Positions 37,830 through 47,302 of a stretch of DNA of 64,000 nucleotides are shown piece by piece. Origin of the DNA: an uncultured Pirellulales bacterium (GTDB lineage: Bacteria > Planctomycetota > Phycisphaerae > Sedimentisphaerales > Anaerobacaceae). The DNA lies in contig CAYFUB010000097.1 in assembly GCA_964346195.1 (NCBI GenBank), positions 4,688 to 68,687 of the forward strand, in the 5' to 3' direction. The first letter of the stretch is position 1. The number at the start of each line of letters is the position of its first letter. Position numbers and translations under genes: made by a program. The notes under the pieces are model-generated. The model was not told the DNA's origin, did not search any database, and worked only from the letters and a program-made list of their open reading frames with translations.

Positions 37830-39548
37830 ATGGACCCACTTGCAGACAGAATGCTCGACCAGGGCCTGATCGACGAATCGGCGGCTCGGCGAATCAGCGA
37901 GTCGCTCGCGCAAGGCGAGCCTCCTGCCCGGGCCTTTGCGACCTGCGGTGTGGCCGATGAGCCGTTGCTGCGGTTCCTGGCCCGCGAGCTGGGGCTTACC
38001 TTCGTCGAGCTCGAAGGCCGGACGTTCTCTCGCGAGTTTCTCGCCCGATTTCCTGCGCGCATCCTTTTAGACAAACACATCGTGCCTGTCGAGAGGGACA
38101 ACGGCCGTCTGCTGGCGGTCACGAGCGATCCGTTCGACACCTCGGCCGTCGATGAGTTGTGTCTGGCCACGGGCCGGGATTTCCAGATCGGGCTGGCCCC
38201 CCTGGCGGAAATCGACCGGTGCATCAAACGGCATCTCGGCGTGGGGGCCGACACGGTGCAATCCATGATCTCGCAGGCCGGCGAGAACGGGCTGCAGGTC
38301 ATCGATACGGAGGCGGACGAGGACATGGACCTGACGCAGGCCGCCGAGGGTGCGTCCATCGTCCGCTTCGTCAACCAGATCCTCACCGAAGCCATCGAGC
38401 TGCGGGCGACCGACGTTCACATCGAGCCGTTCGAGGAAACCCTGCGCGTCCGCTATCGCATCGACGGCGTTCTTCAGGAGGCTTCGGTGGCCGCGGAGGT
38501 CAAGCAGTTCCAGGCGGCCATCGTCTCGCGCTTGAAGATTCTGAGCAAGCTGGACATCGCCGAAAAGCGCGTGCCGCAGGACGGGCGCATCAAGATTCTC
38601 ATTGCCGGGCGCGAGATCGACGTCCGCGTCTCGGTGATCCCAATGCTCTACGGCGAAGCGGTCGTGCTGCGCCTGCTGGACCGGTCATCGGTGCTGCTGG
38701 GGCTGGATAAGCTGGGCATGTCCGAGCGGGACCTGGGAATCATGCGGACCATCCTGGAACGGCCGCACGGAATCATTTTGGTGACGGGCCCGACCGGAAG
38801 CGGCAAGACCACGACGCTCTATGCGGCGCTGTCGCGCATCAACGACGTTCAGCGCAAGATCATCACCATCGAAGACCCCATCGAGTACCAGCTTCACGGG
38901 GTCAATCAGATCCAGGTTTCGCGCAAGGCCGGACTGACCTTCGCCAGCGGACTGCGCTCGATCCTGCGCCACGACCCCGACGTCGTCCTCGTCGGCGAGA
39001 TTCGCGACGCCGAGACGGCGGAGATCGCCATTCAGGCCTCGCTGACGGGCCACCTGGTCTTCTCGACCCTGCACACCAACGATGCGCCAAGCGCCCTGAC
39101 CCGCCTGGTGGATATGGGCATTGAGCCGTACCTGGTGGCCTCGTCGCTGGAGGCGGTCCTGGCCCAGCGGCTGGTGCGCCTGATCTGTCCGGACTGCAGA
39201 GAGCAGCTTGCGACAAACGAGGTGATGCCGTTGCGCCGGCGGTTCGGTGACCGGTTGCCCGGGTCGCTCTACCAGGGACGGGGCTGCCGCCGGTGCCAGG
39301 GGACGGGCTATCACGGCCGGGTCGGGATCTTTGAGCTGATGGTGGTCACGGATGAGGTTCGGTCGCTCATCCTGGAGAGCGCCTCGGCCCCCGAGCTGCG
39401 CAAAATCGCCGCGCGACAGGGCATGAAGAACCTCCGCGACGATGGATTCAGACATCTGTGCGACGGCCGCACGACGGTGGAAGAGATCCTCAGGGTCACC
39501 AAGGATGATGCCTTCGAACTGACCGGTCTCGGGGATTTGAGCCGGTAA
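37830..39548 (+). CDS. gspE: type II secretion / type IV pilus assembly ATPase (GspE/PilB family)
   Basis: N-terminal T2SSE_N-like domain. Walker A GPTGSGKTTT. ITIEDPIE. Walker B DVVLVGEIRD. His box GHLVFSTLHTND. Tetracysteine CPDC...CRRC. Confidence 0.9.
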   Translation: MDPLADRMLDQGLIDESAARRISESLAQGEPPARAFATCGVADEPLLRFLARELGLTFVELEGRTFSREFLARFPARILLDKHIVPVERDNGRLLAVTSDPFDTSAVDELCLATGRDFQIGLAPLAEIDRCIKRHLGVGADTVQSMISQAGENGLQVIDTEADEDMDLTQAAEGASIVRFVNQILTEAIELRATDVHIEPFEETLRVRYRIDGVLQEASVAAEVKQFQAAIVSRLKILSKLDIAEKRVPQDGRIKILIAGREIDVRVSVIPMLYGEAVVLRLLDRSSVLLGLDKLGMSERDLGIMRTILERPHGIILVTGPTGSGKTTTLYAALSRINDVQRKIITIEDPIEYQLHGVNQIQVSRKAGLTFASGLRSILRHDPDVVLVGEIRDAETAEIAIQASLTGHLVFSTLHTNDAPSALTRLVDMGIEPYLVASSLEAVLAQRLVRLICPDCREQLATNEVMPLRRRFGDRLPGSLYQGRGCRRCQGTGYHGRVGIFELMVVTDEVRSLILESASAPELRKIAARQGMKNLRDDGFRHLCDGRTTVEEILRVTKDDAFELTGLGDLSR

Positions 39549-39574
39549 GGAAAAACTTGAAGTACAGACTTACA

Positions 39575-40786
39575 ATGGCCACATTCGTCTATAAGGCGCT
39601 GGACACACAGGGGCGACCGATTGCCGATACGCTCGTGGCACCCGACCGGGCCTCGGCAATCGAGCAGCTCTGCGGCAGAAACCTCAGCCCGGTCTTGGTG
39701 GAAAGACAGGATGAACGCCGGGCCGAGGGCCTGCTCGTTCGCGTCGGTCGCGTCTCGAAGCGCGAGGTCGAGGCGTTCACCCGGCAACTGTCCAATCTGC
39801 TGGCGGCGGGCGTCCCGCTGAGCCGGGCGCTGAGCATTCTCAGCCGTGAAGCCTCAAAACCGGCGGCCGCGAGACTCTGGGCGACAGTGCACGACCAGGT
39901 TGCGGGCGGCATGTCCCTGGCCGAAGCGCTCGCCCACCACCCCCGGGCCTTCCCGCCTGTCTACGTGGCAATGGTGCGGGCCGGCGAGACCGGGGGCTTT
40001 CTCGATTTGGTGCTCGAACAGATTGCCACGTTCCGGTCACGCGAGCAGGACCTCAAGGGCAAGGTCACATCCGCACTGATCTACCCGATCATCCTGTCTG
40101 TGCTGGCTGCGGCGATTCTCGTGTTCCTGCTGACGTATTTCATTCCGCGTTTCTCGCAGATGTTTGTGGAATTCGGCGGCTCGTTGCCCGAGTTGACGAA
40201 AGCCATCGTCGCTGTCAGCCGGCTCCTGCTGCGGTACTGGGTCGTTCTGGTGCTCGTGATGGCGTTGGCCGTCTTCGGTATTCGACGCGCGCTGGCCAGC
40301 GCGGACGGACGCCGGGTCCTGGAGCGCGTGACGCTCCGGCTTCCGCTGTTCGGCGGCGCCGTGGCAAGGTTTGCGCTGGTACGGTTCTGTCGCATGCTGG
40401 GTACGCTGGTCGGGGCCGGCGTGCCGTTGATCGCCGCCTTGCGGGTGGCCAAGGAAGCCATCGGAAATCAGGTCCTGGCGGATACCGTGGACGGGGCCAT
40501 TGAGGACGTCCAGCACGGGACCTCTCTGGGCCGCAGCCTGGAGAGCTGTCGCGCGTTGTTCCCGGCTTCCGTGATCGAGATGATCTGCGTGGCGGAGGAG
40601 AGCAGCCGGCTGGACAAGGAACTGACCCGCCTGGCGACAGCCTACGAGCAGGAACTGGATCGTCATTTGAAAATGATCGTGGCGCTGGCGGAACCGGCCT
40701 TGCTGTTTGTCATGGCGGTTCTGGTCGGCACCGTCGTGATCGGAATGCTCCTGCCGATCTTCAATCTGCAGGAGCTGATTCGGTGA
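39575..40786 (+). CDS. gspF: type II secretion inner-membrane platform protein (GspF/PilC family)
   Basis: Start trimmed to ATG 39575 (MATFVYKALDTQGRPI, a typical GspF opening). Duplicated T2SSF domains. VAEESSRLDKEL. Confidence 0.9.
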   Translation: MATFVYKALDTQGRPIADTLVAPDRASAIEQLCGRNLSPVLVERQDERRAEGLLVRVGRVSKREVEAFTRQLSNLLAAGVPLSRALSILSREASKPAAARLWATVHDQVAGGMSLAEALAHHPRAFPPVYVAMVRAGETGGFLDLVLEQIATFRSREQDLKGKVTSALIYPIILSVLAAAILVFLLTYFIPRFSQMFVEFGGSLPELTKAIVAVSRLLLRYWVVLVLVMALAVFGIRRALASADGRRVLERVTLRLPLFGGAVARFALVRFCRMLGTLVGAGVPLIAALRVAKEAIGNQVLADTVDGAIEDVQHGTSLGRSLESCRALFPASVIEMICVAEESSRLDKELTRLATAYEQELDRHLKMIVALAEPALLFVMAVLVGTVVIGMLLPIFNLQELIR

Positions 40787-40854
40787 GAAATGTGAACGGC
40801 GAACGATCGCCTGTTGCATCTGATGTTCGGGGTATTTTTGAGTCGGGATTGAAC

Positions 40855-41319
40855 ATGAAATCGTGGATTGAAAACAAACGGCAGAGATCGAATCGGCAAG
40901 CAGTCGTCACTGATCGGGGCTTTACGCTGATCGAGCTGCTGCTGGTGCTGGTGATCCTGGCGACGCTGGCGGCCATTGTGACGCCGAAGTTCACGAAGCG
41001 GTCGGAGCAGGCCCGCATCACGGCGGCCCGCACACAGATCTCGCAGCTCGAGGTCGCGTTAGATGCCTTTGAGATCGACGTCGGCCGCTATCCTACGACC
41101 ACCGAGGGTCTGCGGGCTTTGGTCGACAAGCCTGCCTCCGACTCGGAGGGATGGCAGCAGGCGTACCTCAAGAGGGACGTGCCCCGGGACCCGTGGGGTA
41201 ACGAGTATGTGTACCGGTTCCCCGGCCAGTATAATCTGGATGGCTACGACCTGCACTCCAACGGCCCGGACCGGAAATTGGGCGGCGGCGACGACATCAC
41301 CAACTGGTCGGAAGAATAG
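40855..41319 (+). CDS. gspG: major pseudopilin (GspG family)
   Basis: Start trimmed to ATG 40855. Leader MKSWIENKRQRSNRQAVVTDRG/FTLIELLLVLVILATLAAIV. TQISQLEVALDAFEIDVGRYPTTTEGL. DPWGNEYVY. Confidence 0.9.
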   Translation: MKSWIENKRQRSNRQAVVTDRGFTLIELLLVLVILATLAAIVTPKFTKRSEQARITAARTQISQLEVALDAFEIDVGRYPTTTEGLRALVDKPASDSEGWQQAYLKRDVPRDPWGNEYVYRFPGQYNLDGYDLHSNGPDRKLGGGDDITNWSEE

Positions 41320-41324
41320 ACGCG

Positions 41325-41969
41325 ATGCTTCATTCCAAACATCTTTGGCCCTTGCGGATTGCGGATTGCGGATGGCGGATTCGCATTGCGGGTCGCCTTC
41401 CGTTTGCCGCGTCGCCACGGCAGACTCCGATCAGAAGCCGCAATCATCAATCATCAATCATCAATTATCAATCCGAAGGGGGCTTTACGCTCCTTGAATT
41501 GATACTGGTGATGGTCATTCTCTCGACCGTGCTGGCCATGGCGGCGCCGTCGCTGAGCGGGTTCTTCGCCTCACGCCGGAGTGATGATACGGCGGCCCAG
41601 ATTCTGGCCCTGACACAGTTGGCCCGTTCTCAGGCCGTCAGTGAGGGGATTGTCTACCGGCTCAATTTCGATACGCAGGAACGGACGTACTGGCTGACCG
41701 CGCAGCAGGCCGGGACTTTTGAAAAGCTCGAAACCGGATTCGGGCGGGTCTTCACCCTGCCGAAGGACATCACGATGGAACTGGAGGGGGTGGAGCAAGA
41801 GGACAGAGACGTGTTCCTTGCTTTTACGCCCCACGGCACGGCCACCGCCGGGACCATCAGGCTTGTTGGCCGTAGCGGCCGGGCCCTGGAGGTGACTTGC
41901 CCGACCGTTACGGAATCATTCTCCATCGTTGAGTGTGAACGGACATACAACAGATATGCGTCAAGATAA
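41325..41969 (+). CDS. minor pseudopilin, GspH-like by position, with 53-aa leader
   Basis: The only canonical in-frame start is ATG 41325, 5 nt after the gspG stop. Mature N-terminus: GG/FTLLELILVMVILSTVLAMAAPSLSGFFASRR. Confidence 0.7.
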   Translation: MLHSKHLWPLRIADCGWRIRIAGRLPFAASPRQTPIRSRNHQSSIINYQSEGGFTLLELILVMVILSTVLAMAAPSLSGFFASRRSDDTAAQILALTQLARSQAVSEGIVYRLNFDTQERTYWLTAQQAGTFEKLETGFGRVFTLPKDITMELEGVEQEDRDVFLAFTPHGTATAGTIRLVGRSGRALEVTCPTVTESFSIVECERTYNRYASR

Positions 41970-42426
41970 GAGAGACAGTTTGAAGTTTGAGGTTTCAAGT
42001 GTGAAGTCTGAGGTCTCGATTCCTCATACTTCCTACCTCAAACTGCCTACTGTAAACTCCCGCCTCGGCGGGTTCACCTTTGTCGAGCTGCTCGCGACGG
42101 TGGTGCTGCTCGCCATCATTATGCCCGTGGCCATGCGGAGCATCGGTCTGTGCACGCGCGTGGCGGGACTGTCGCGCAGGCAGCTCGAAGCGGCCTCGCT
42201 GGCCAGGACCAAGCTCACCGAGCTGACCGTCACACACGACTGGGAGAGCGGAACTCAGCGGGGAGACTTCGGGACGGACTGGCCCGGGTACGAATGGACC
42301 GCTGCGGTCACCAACTGGACGGATTCCGCCGTTCGCCAGCTTGAACTGACCGTCTCCTGGCGCTCCATGGGCAAGCAGCGCGGGCTCACCCTGAGCACGC
42401 TGGTGTATCCTCGGGAGGAGAGTTGA
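41956..42426 (+). CDS. minor pseudopilin, GspI-like by position and size
   Basis: RLGG/FTFVELLATVVLLAIIMPVAM. Small globular domain ending LELTVSWRSMGKQRGLTLSTLV. The start is uncertain: ATG 41956, GTG 42001, or the track's 41929. Confidence 0.65.
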   Translation: MRQDKRDSLKFEVSSVKSEVSIPHTSYLKLPTVNSRLGGFTFVELLATVVLLAIIMPVAMRSIGLCTRVAGLSRRQLEAASLARTKLTELTVTHDWESGTQRGDFGTDWPGYEWTAAVTNWTDSAVRQLELTVSWRSMGKQRGLTLSTLVYPREES

Positions 42427-42463
42427 CGTGGCGATTGATTTGAGATATCCCTGGAGACGGCGG

Positions 42464-43246
42464 ATGGCAGGTTGTGGATGGCGGATTCGCATCGCCGGTC
42501 GTCTTCCATCGGCCGTGTGGCCACCCCGGACTCCGGCCCGCAATCATCAATCATCAATTATCGATCATCAATCCGAAGGGGCTTTTACGCTGCTCGAACT
42601 GCTGGTAGCCATGGTGCTGATGGTAGTGACGGCATCGTGCTTGTATACGGCTTTGTACACGGGCTTTCGGGCGCATCGCAGCGCCCTGGCGGCGACCGAG
42701 CCCACGGCGCTGGCGATCAACGCGATCGAGCTGCTCAAGCAGGACATCAGCGGGGTCCTGCCGCCGGGAGGCGTCCTGGCCGGCGCCTTTACGGGTACGG
42801 ATTCGGCGGGGATCAGGGGGGCGGATGCAGATAGTCTCGGGTTCTGCACCACCCACGTATTTGCGGATGACGAGCAGTTGGCCGGCGGATTGGGCAAGAT
42901 CGAATTGCTCCTGGAAGAGGACGCCGAGAGCGATGACGGAACCTATCGGCTTATCCGGCGTGTGACGACGAACCTATTGACCTCGAAGGAGGCCGAGGCG
43001 GACGAGCAGATTCTGTGCCGCAGCGTCGAGTCGCTGAATCTCCGCTATTTCGACGGCTCAACCTGGGTCGATGACTGGGATTCGACGGCCGACGCCAACA
43101 GCCTCCCTCTGGCCGTGGAGATCGATATTCAGGTCGTGTACAAGACCAAGAGCAGCACCAGGGAACCTCAAAAGCGGCGGCTCATCCAGAGCTTCGCCAT
43201 ACCGTGCGAGACCCCCGCACAGAACGAGAGCGAGTCGGCAACATGA
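42464..43246 (+). CDS. minor pseudopilin, GspJ-like by position, with long leader
   Basis: SEGA/FTLLELLVAMVLMVVTASCLY. The start is ATG 42464 or GTG 42428. The stop overlaps the gspK start (ATGA). Confidence 0.65.
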   Translation: MAGCGWRIRIAGRLPSAVWPPRTPARNHQSSIIDHQSEGAFTLLELLVAMVLMVVTASCLYTALYTGFRAHRSALAATEPTALAINAIELLKQDISGVLPPGGVLAGAFTGTDSAGIRGADADSLGFCTTHVFADDEQLAGGLGKIELLLEEDAESDDGTYRLIRRVTTNLLTSKEAEADEQILCRSVESLNLRYFDGSTWVDDWDSTADANSLPLAVEIDIQVVYKTKSSTREPQKRRLIQSFAIPCETPAQNESESAT

Positions 43247-44628
43247 GACACGCGGCTGGACAATCAGGAAAGTATCATCGAGCCGGCCCGTCGAGGCGCC
43301 GGTGGCCGGGGGGTACCGTCCTGATCGTCACGATCTGGGTGGTCCTGGTTCTGGCAGGGCTGGCTCTTGTGTTTGCCGGCTCGGTGCGCGTCTCGGCGAC
43401 GGTGTCGGCTAATCATGTCGCTTCCCTGCAAGCTGAGTGTATCGCGACCGGCGCGATCGAGTACATCACGGCAAAGCTGAATGCCGCCGCACAGACGGAT
43501 GCCTCATCATCTCAGACGAGCGATTCTTACGAGGCCTTGCAGGTGGGACAGGGCTACTTTTGGGCCCTGCGTTCGAACCTGGAGAGTGATCGGGAGTTCG
43601 AATATGGTCTTACGGACGAAGCGGGCAAGATCAATCTGAATTCCGCCTCGCAGGAGACGCTGCTGAAACTGCCGGGCATGACGGCCGAACTGGCGGCTTC
43701 GATCATCGACTGGCGGGACGAAGACGGCGACGTCACGGCCGGCGGGGCCGAAGACGAGTACTACCTCTTGCAGCCGCAAGCCTATTACTGCAAGAACGCG
43801 CCGTTGGAGACGGTCGATGAGGTCCTCCTGATCAAAGGAGCCTCAGAGGACTTGCTGTACGGGGAAGATACCAACCTCAACGGCGTCCTCGACGAGCATG
43901 AAAACGATGGGGATCAGAGCGACCCGCCCGACAATCGCGATGGGAGGCTCGACAGGGGATTCTATCATTATGTCACGGTCTACAGCACGGAAGCCAACAC
44001 CGACGCCGAAGGCAACTCGCGCATCAATATCAACAGCGGCGGCACTCGCGGCGACCTGCTGAAAGCATTGCAGGAGGCGACCACGGCGGACCGCGCCCTG
44101 GAGATCATGAACCAGGTTCCCACCAACCCCTCCTATGCCAACATCCTGGACTTCTATTTCCGGGCGGGCCTGACGTTCGAGGAGTTCTCTTCGATCGTGG
44201 ATCGAATCACGACGAGCGATGCCGAGACGCTTCCCGGACTGGTGAACGTGAATACCGCCTCGAAGGAGGTCCTCATGTGTCTGCCGGAATTAGAGGAGAG
44301 CGACGTGGGGGCTTTGCTGTCGTATCGCAGCTCGAACAACCAGCTCGACTCCATCGCCTGGGTGACCAAGGTCCTGGATCGGCCCCAAGCGGTTGCCATC
44401 GGCAGCTACATCACGGTCCGCTCGTTCCAGTACTCTGCCGACATAATCAGCCTGTCCGGCAACGGGCGGGCCTACAAGCGGTATAAGGCGGTCCTCGATA
44501 CGCGCGAGGCGCCGCGGGTTGTCTACTGGAAGACACTGACCCACTTCGGTTGGCCTCTGGACCCGGATATCGTGACCGCGCTGAGGAAAGGGCGTCCTCT
44601 TACCAGCGTCGCGGTGAACATGAATTGA
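43243..44628 (+). CDS. gspK: minor pseudopilin GspK family
   Basis: GTVLIVTIWVVLVLAGLALVFA. TDEAGKINLNSASQETLLKLPGMTAELAASIIDWRDEDGD (helix-hairpin-helix region typical of GspK). VNVNTASKEVLMCLP. Confidence 0.8.
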   Translation: MRHAAGQSGKYHRAGPSRRRWPGGTVLIVTIWVVLVLAGLALVFAGSVRVSATVSANHVASLQAECIATGAIEYITAKLNAAAQTDASSSQTSDSYEALQVGQGYFWALRSNLESDREFEYGLTDEAGKINLNSASQETLLKLPGMTAELAASIIDWRDEDGDVTAGGAEDEYYLLQPQAYYCKNAPLETVDEVLLIKGASEDLLYGEDTNLNGVLDEHENDGDQSDPPDNRDGRLDRGFYHYVTVYSTEANTDAEGNSRININSGGTRGDLLKALQEATTADRALEIMNQVPTNPSYANILDFYFRAGLTFEEFSSIVDRITTSDAETLPGLVNVNTASKEVLMCLPELEESDVGALLSYRSSNNQLDSIAWVTKVLDRPQAVAIGSYITVRSFQYSADIISLSGNGRAYKRYKAVLDTREAPRVVYWKTLTHFGWPLDPDIVTALRKGRPLTSVAVNMN

Positions 44629-44632
44629 CTGG

Positions 44633-46063
44633 ATGGTGACGATGGTCGGCACGCGCAACATGTTGGGATTGGCTATCGATGACACCGGTGTCATCGCGGC
44701 GGAACTGCACGTCCGAGCCGGGCGTGCCGAGATCCGGCGCGCCGGCGAGTTCCTGTGGGGAGAGGAATTCACACCGGATAATGCCAGAGAGCTGGGTCTG
44801 CGGTTCCGCCGATTCCTGTGGGAGCAGGGGTTCTCGTCCCGGCGGGCCGTCGTCGGCTTGCCGGCCAAGTGGGTGCTGGTGAAAGAGATTGTCGCGCCGC
44901 CGGCGGGTCCCGATGCCCTGGCAGGCGTGTTGAGCATTCAAGCCGAGCGGGCGTTTTCCTTGAATGCTGCCGAACTGGTCTTTGACTATTGCGGCACAGC
45001 CAACGCGTCCGACAAAGGCCCGGTCCTGCTGTTGGCCGCACGGCGCCAGGTCGTCAGCCAGGTCCGTGACCTGGCGGGCGCCGCCGGTCTGCAAATCCAG
45101 TCCGTGACCGTCACGGCCCTGGCGTGCAGCCGGACTTCGTACGCGGCTGGTCCAGCGTGCCAGTGCGGGCTCTATACGCGTCCGACGTACTGTGAATTCT
45201 GGAGCCAGGTGCAAGGCATGCCGCGCTCCATCAGGCACGTCCCCATCGTGCAGGATGGGGCTCCGCAGGATTATGCCGAGCTCTTGGGTTCTGCCATCGA
45301 ACGGCTGATCCTGCTGTCACCCGGCGACAATCGGTCTCAGTCCCGGCGGATCACAGCGTATGATGCATGCGCTCTTTCGGACTCGGCCGTTGACCGGCTC
45401 AATACGCGCCTTGGGCCCGGAACCACGGTGCATGACGGCTGGGCAGAACTGCTGTCCAAAGGGCTTGCTCTGCCGGAGCGCCCGGAAGGGGCACGGTCCA
45501 TCGCCGCGGCGGCCGTGGCGCTGACGGCGGTGGAAACGGGCGGCGCCGTCGTCGATTTCCTGAACCCTCGTATCGGTCGCCGGAGGACACCCGGCCGCCG
45601 ACGTGCCGTTGCCTGGGCGACGTTCGTTGGCATGGCCTGTGTGGTGGCTCTGGGTGCGGTGGCAGCCGACTGGCACGGCGACAAGGTGGCGGTGGCGGCC
45701 TATACCGCGCAGTTGCAGCAGATGGGTGATGATATCACCGCCGCCCGAGAGATTGTGGAGCGTGTCTCGTACGCCGGCAGTTGGACGGCGCGCGAGCCGC
45801 GCTGTCTGGACTGCCTGCGGGAGTTGACCCTGGCATTTCCGGAGGAACCGTCCGTGTGGGTCAAGAGCCTGAGGCTGAACGAGGACGGTGCAGGATTGCT
45901 GAACGGCAAGGCCAGGAGCGAGAGAAGCTTCTATGAGGTCCTTGACAAGATAAGACAGAACGAGGTGTTCTCCGAGGTTCAGATGGTCCATATTCGGGAT
46001 GCGGGTCAGAATTCCAGAGAGAAGGAATTCGCCGTCAAATTCAAGTTCCGGGACGCGAAATAG
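44633..46063 (+). CDS. PilM-like actin-fold domain fused to a TM segment and PilN-like periplasmic domain (GspL analogue)
   Basis: N-terminus MLGLAIDDTGVIAAEL...VVGLPAKWVLVKEI. TM segment WATFVGMACVVALGAVAA. C-terminal coiled coil plus an alpha/beta domain. Confidence 0.65.
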   Translation: MVTMVGTRNMLGLAIDDTGVIAAELHVRAGRAEIRRAGEFLWGEEFTPDNARELGLRFRRFLWEQGFSSRRAVVGLPAKWVLVKEIVAPPAGPDALAGVLSIQAERAFSLNAAELVFDYCGTANASDKGPVLLLAARRQVVSQVRDLAGAAGLQIQSVTVTALACSRTSYAAGPACQCGLYTRPTYCEFWSQVQGMPRSIRHVPIVQDGAPQDYAELLGSAIERLILLSPGDNRSQSRRITAYDACALSDSAVDRLNTRLGPGTTVHDGWAELLSKGLALPERPEGARSIAAAAVALTAVETGGAVVDFLNPRIGRRRTPGRRRAVAWATFVGMACVVALGAVAADWHGDKVAVAAYTAQLQQMGDDITAAREIVERVSYAGSWTAREPRCLDCLRELTLAFPEEPSVWVKSLRLNEDGAGLLNGKARSERSFYEVLDKIRQNEVFSEVQMVHIRDAGQNSREKEFAVKFKFRDAK

Positions 46064-46065
46064 AC

Positions 46066-46656
46066 ATGGTCCTGTCGAGACGCGAACGCATCATTTTGAT
46101 TGTCGCAGCCGTGGTCGTGGGCGCTTTTGTTGCGGACCGGCTTGCCTTCACGCCTGTGATAAAGAGACTCGACGAGCTGGAGAGTGACAAGCAGCAGTTG
46201 CTGGCCGAACTCAACGAGGCCCGCAGCCTGTTTGAGCGTCGAAGGCTGATGGAGCGGAAGTGGAAAACGATGTTGTCCGGCGGCCTGCGGAGCGACGCCG
46301 AGGCCGAGAGCAGGGTAGGGCGGGCACTCAATGAATGGTCGCAAGAGGCGCGGCTGACGCTCACTTCCGTCAAGCCTGAGCGCATGTCAAGCGACCACGG
46401 TCTGCGGGAAGTCGTCTTTGCCACCGTCGGCAAGGGCCGGCTCGAAGCCGTGACGCGGTTCCTCTACCTGATTGAGACGGCGGAACTGCCCGTCAAGATC
46501 AAGTACGTGCAGCTCAACTCGGCCAGCGAGTCGGAGAACGACATGACGGTGGAACTGGGCCTCTCGGCACTCTACCTCGGCGCCGAGCAGGGGCCGTCCG
46601 ACAAACAATCAGCACCGGAGCAGCGCGAGGTGAACGATGAAGAACAGATACTGTGA
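46066..46656 (+). CDS. PilO/GspM-like bitopic assembly protein
   Basis: N-terminal TM RIILIVAAVVVGAFVA, coiled coil LDELESDKQQLLAELNEARSL, then an alpha/beta domain. Position is after the PilMN-like gene. Confidence 0.55.
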   Translation: MVLSRRERIILIVAAVVVGAFVADRLAFTPVIKRLDELESDKQQLLAELNEARSLFERRRLMERKWKTMLSGGLRSDAEAESRVGRALNEWSQEARLTLTSVKPERMSSDHGLREVVFATVGKGRLEAVTRFLYLIETAELPVKIKYVQLNSASESENDMTVELGLSALYLGAEQGPSDKQSAPEQREVNDEEQIL

Positions 46657-47302
46657 TGAAACGGCCGGGGTGCGGTTCCGGCCGGCGCAGATTGTTCTGA
46701 TGGTCGTGATATGTACCGCCGTCGGACCCGGTCAGGCCCCGGCGAATTCCGCCGGATCGAGCCCTGCGGGACAACCGGATCCATGGCAGAAGTACGATAT
46801 TATCCTCCAACGCAACATCTTCTCGCGACAGCGCGCCCCGATCAGGCGGCAGGAGGAGAGAAGGGAGCCTGAGGCGGTCGTGGTACCCAACCCGGAGTCC
46901 TATTATCTCCTCAAAGGCATCGTCCAGGAAAACGACACGTTCATCGCGTTCGTGGAGAACACCCAGGGTGGCGTGGTCCTTCGCCTGCGTGCGGGTGACC
47001 GTGTCGCGCGGGGCACAATCAAGGCCCTGAACCTCGATTCGATTGAGTACGAACTGGAGAACCAAACGGTTACCATTCAGCTCGGATACGATCTGGAGGG
47101 CAAGTACGGTATTGCTTCAGCCGGCGAATTGCCCAACCTGTCGGAGTTGCCGGGCTTGGCCGTTTCGGAGCAGCAAGGGTTCCCAAACGCAACAGATCGC
47201 GTTGGGGATTCCCAACCCACCCAGGCACCGCTCCCATCGAGCGATGAGGCGGAAATTCTCAGGCGACTCATGGAGCAGCGGAAACAGCAACTGGGGCAGT
47301 AG
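46637..47302 (+). CDS. PilP/GspC-like protein
   Basis: TM IVLMVVICTAV. NIFSRQ motif. Beta-domain pattern YLLKGIVQENDTFIAFVENTQGGVVLRLRAGDRVARGTIKALNLDSIEYE. Lies immediately upstream of the secretin. The start is uncertain. Confidence 0.5.
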   Translation: MKNRYCDETAGVRFRPAQIVLMVVICTAVGPGQAPANSAGSSPAGQPDPWQKYDIILQRNIFSRQRAPIRRQEERREPEAVVVPNPESYYLLKGIVQENDTFIAFVENTQGGVVLRLRAGDRVARGTIKALNLDSIEYELENQTVTIQLGYDLEGKYGIASAGELPNLSELPGLAVSEQQGFPNATDRVGDSQPTQAPLPSSDEAEILRRLMEQRKQQLGQ

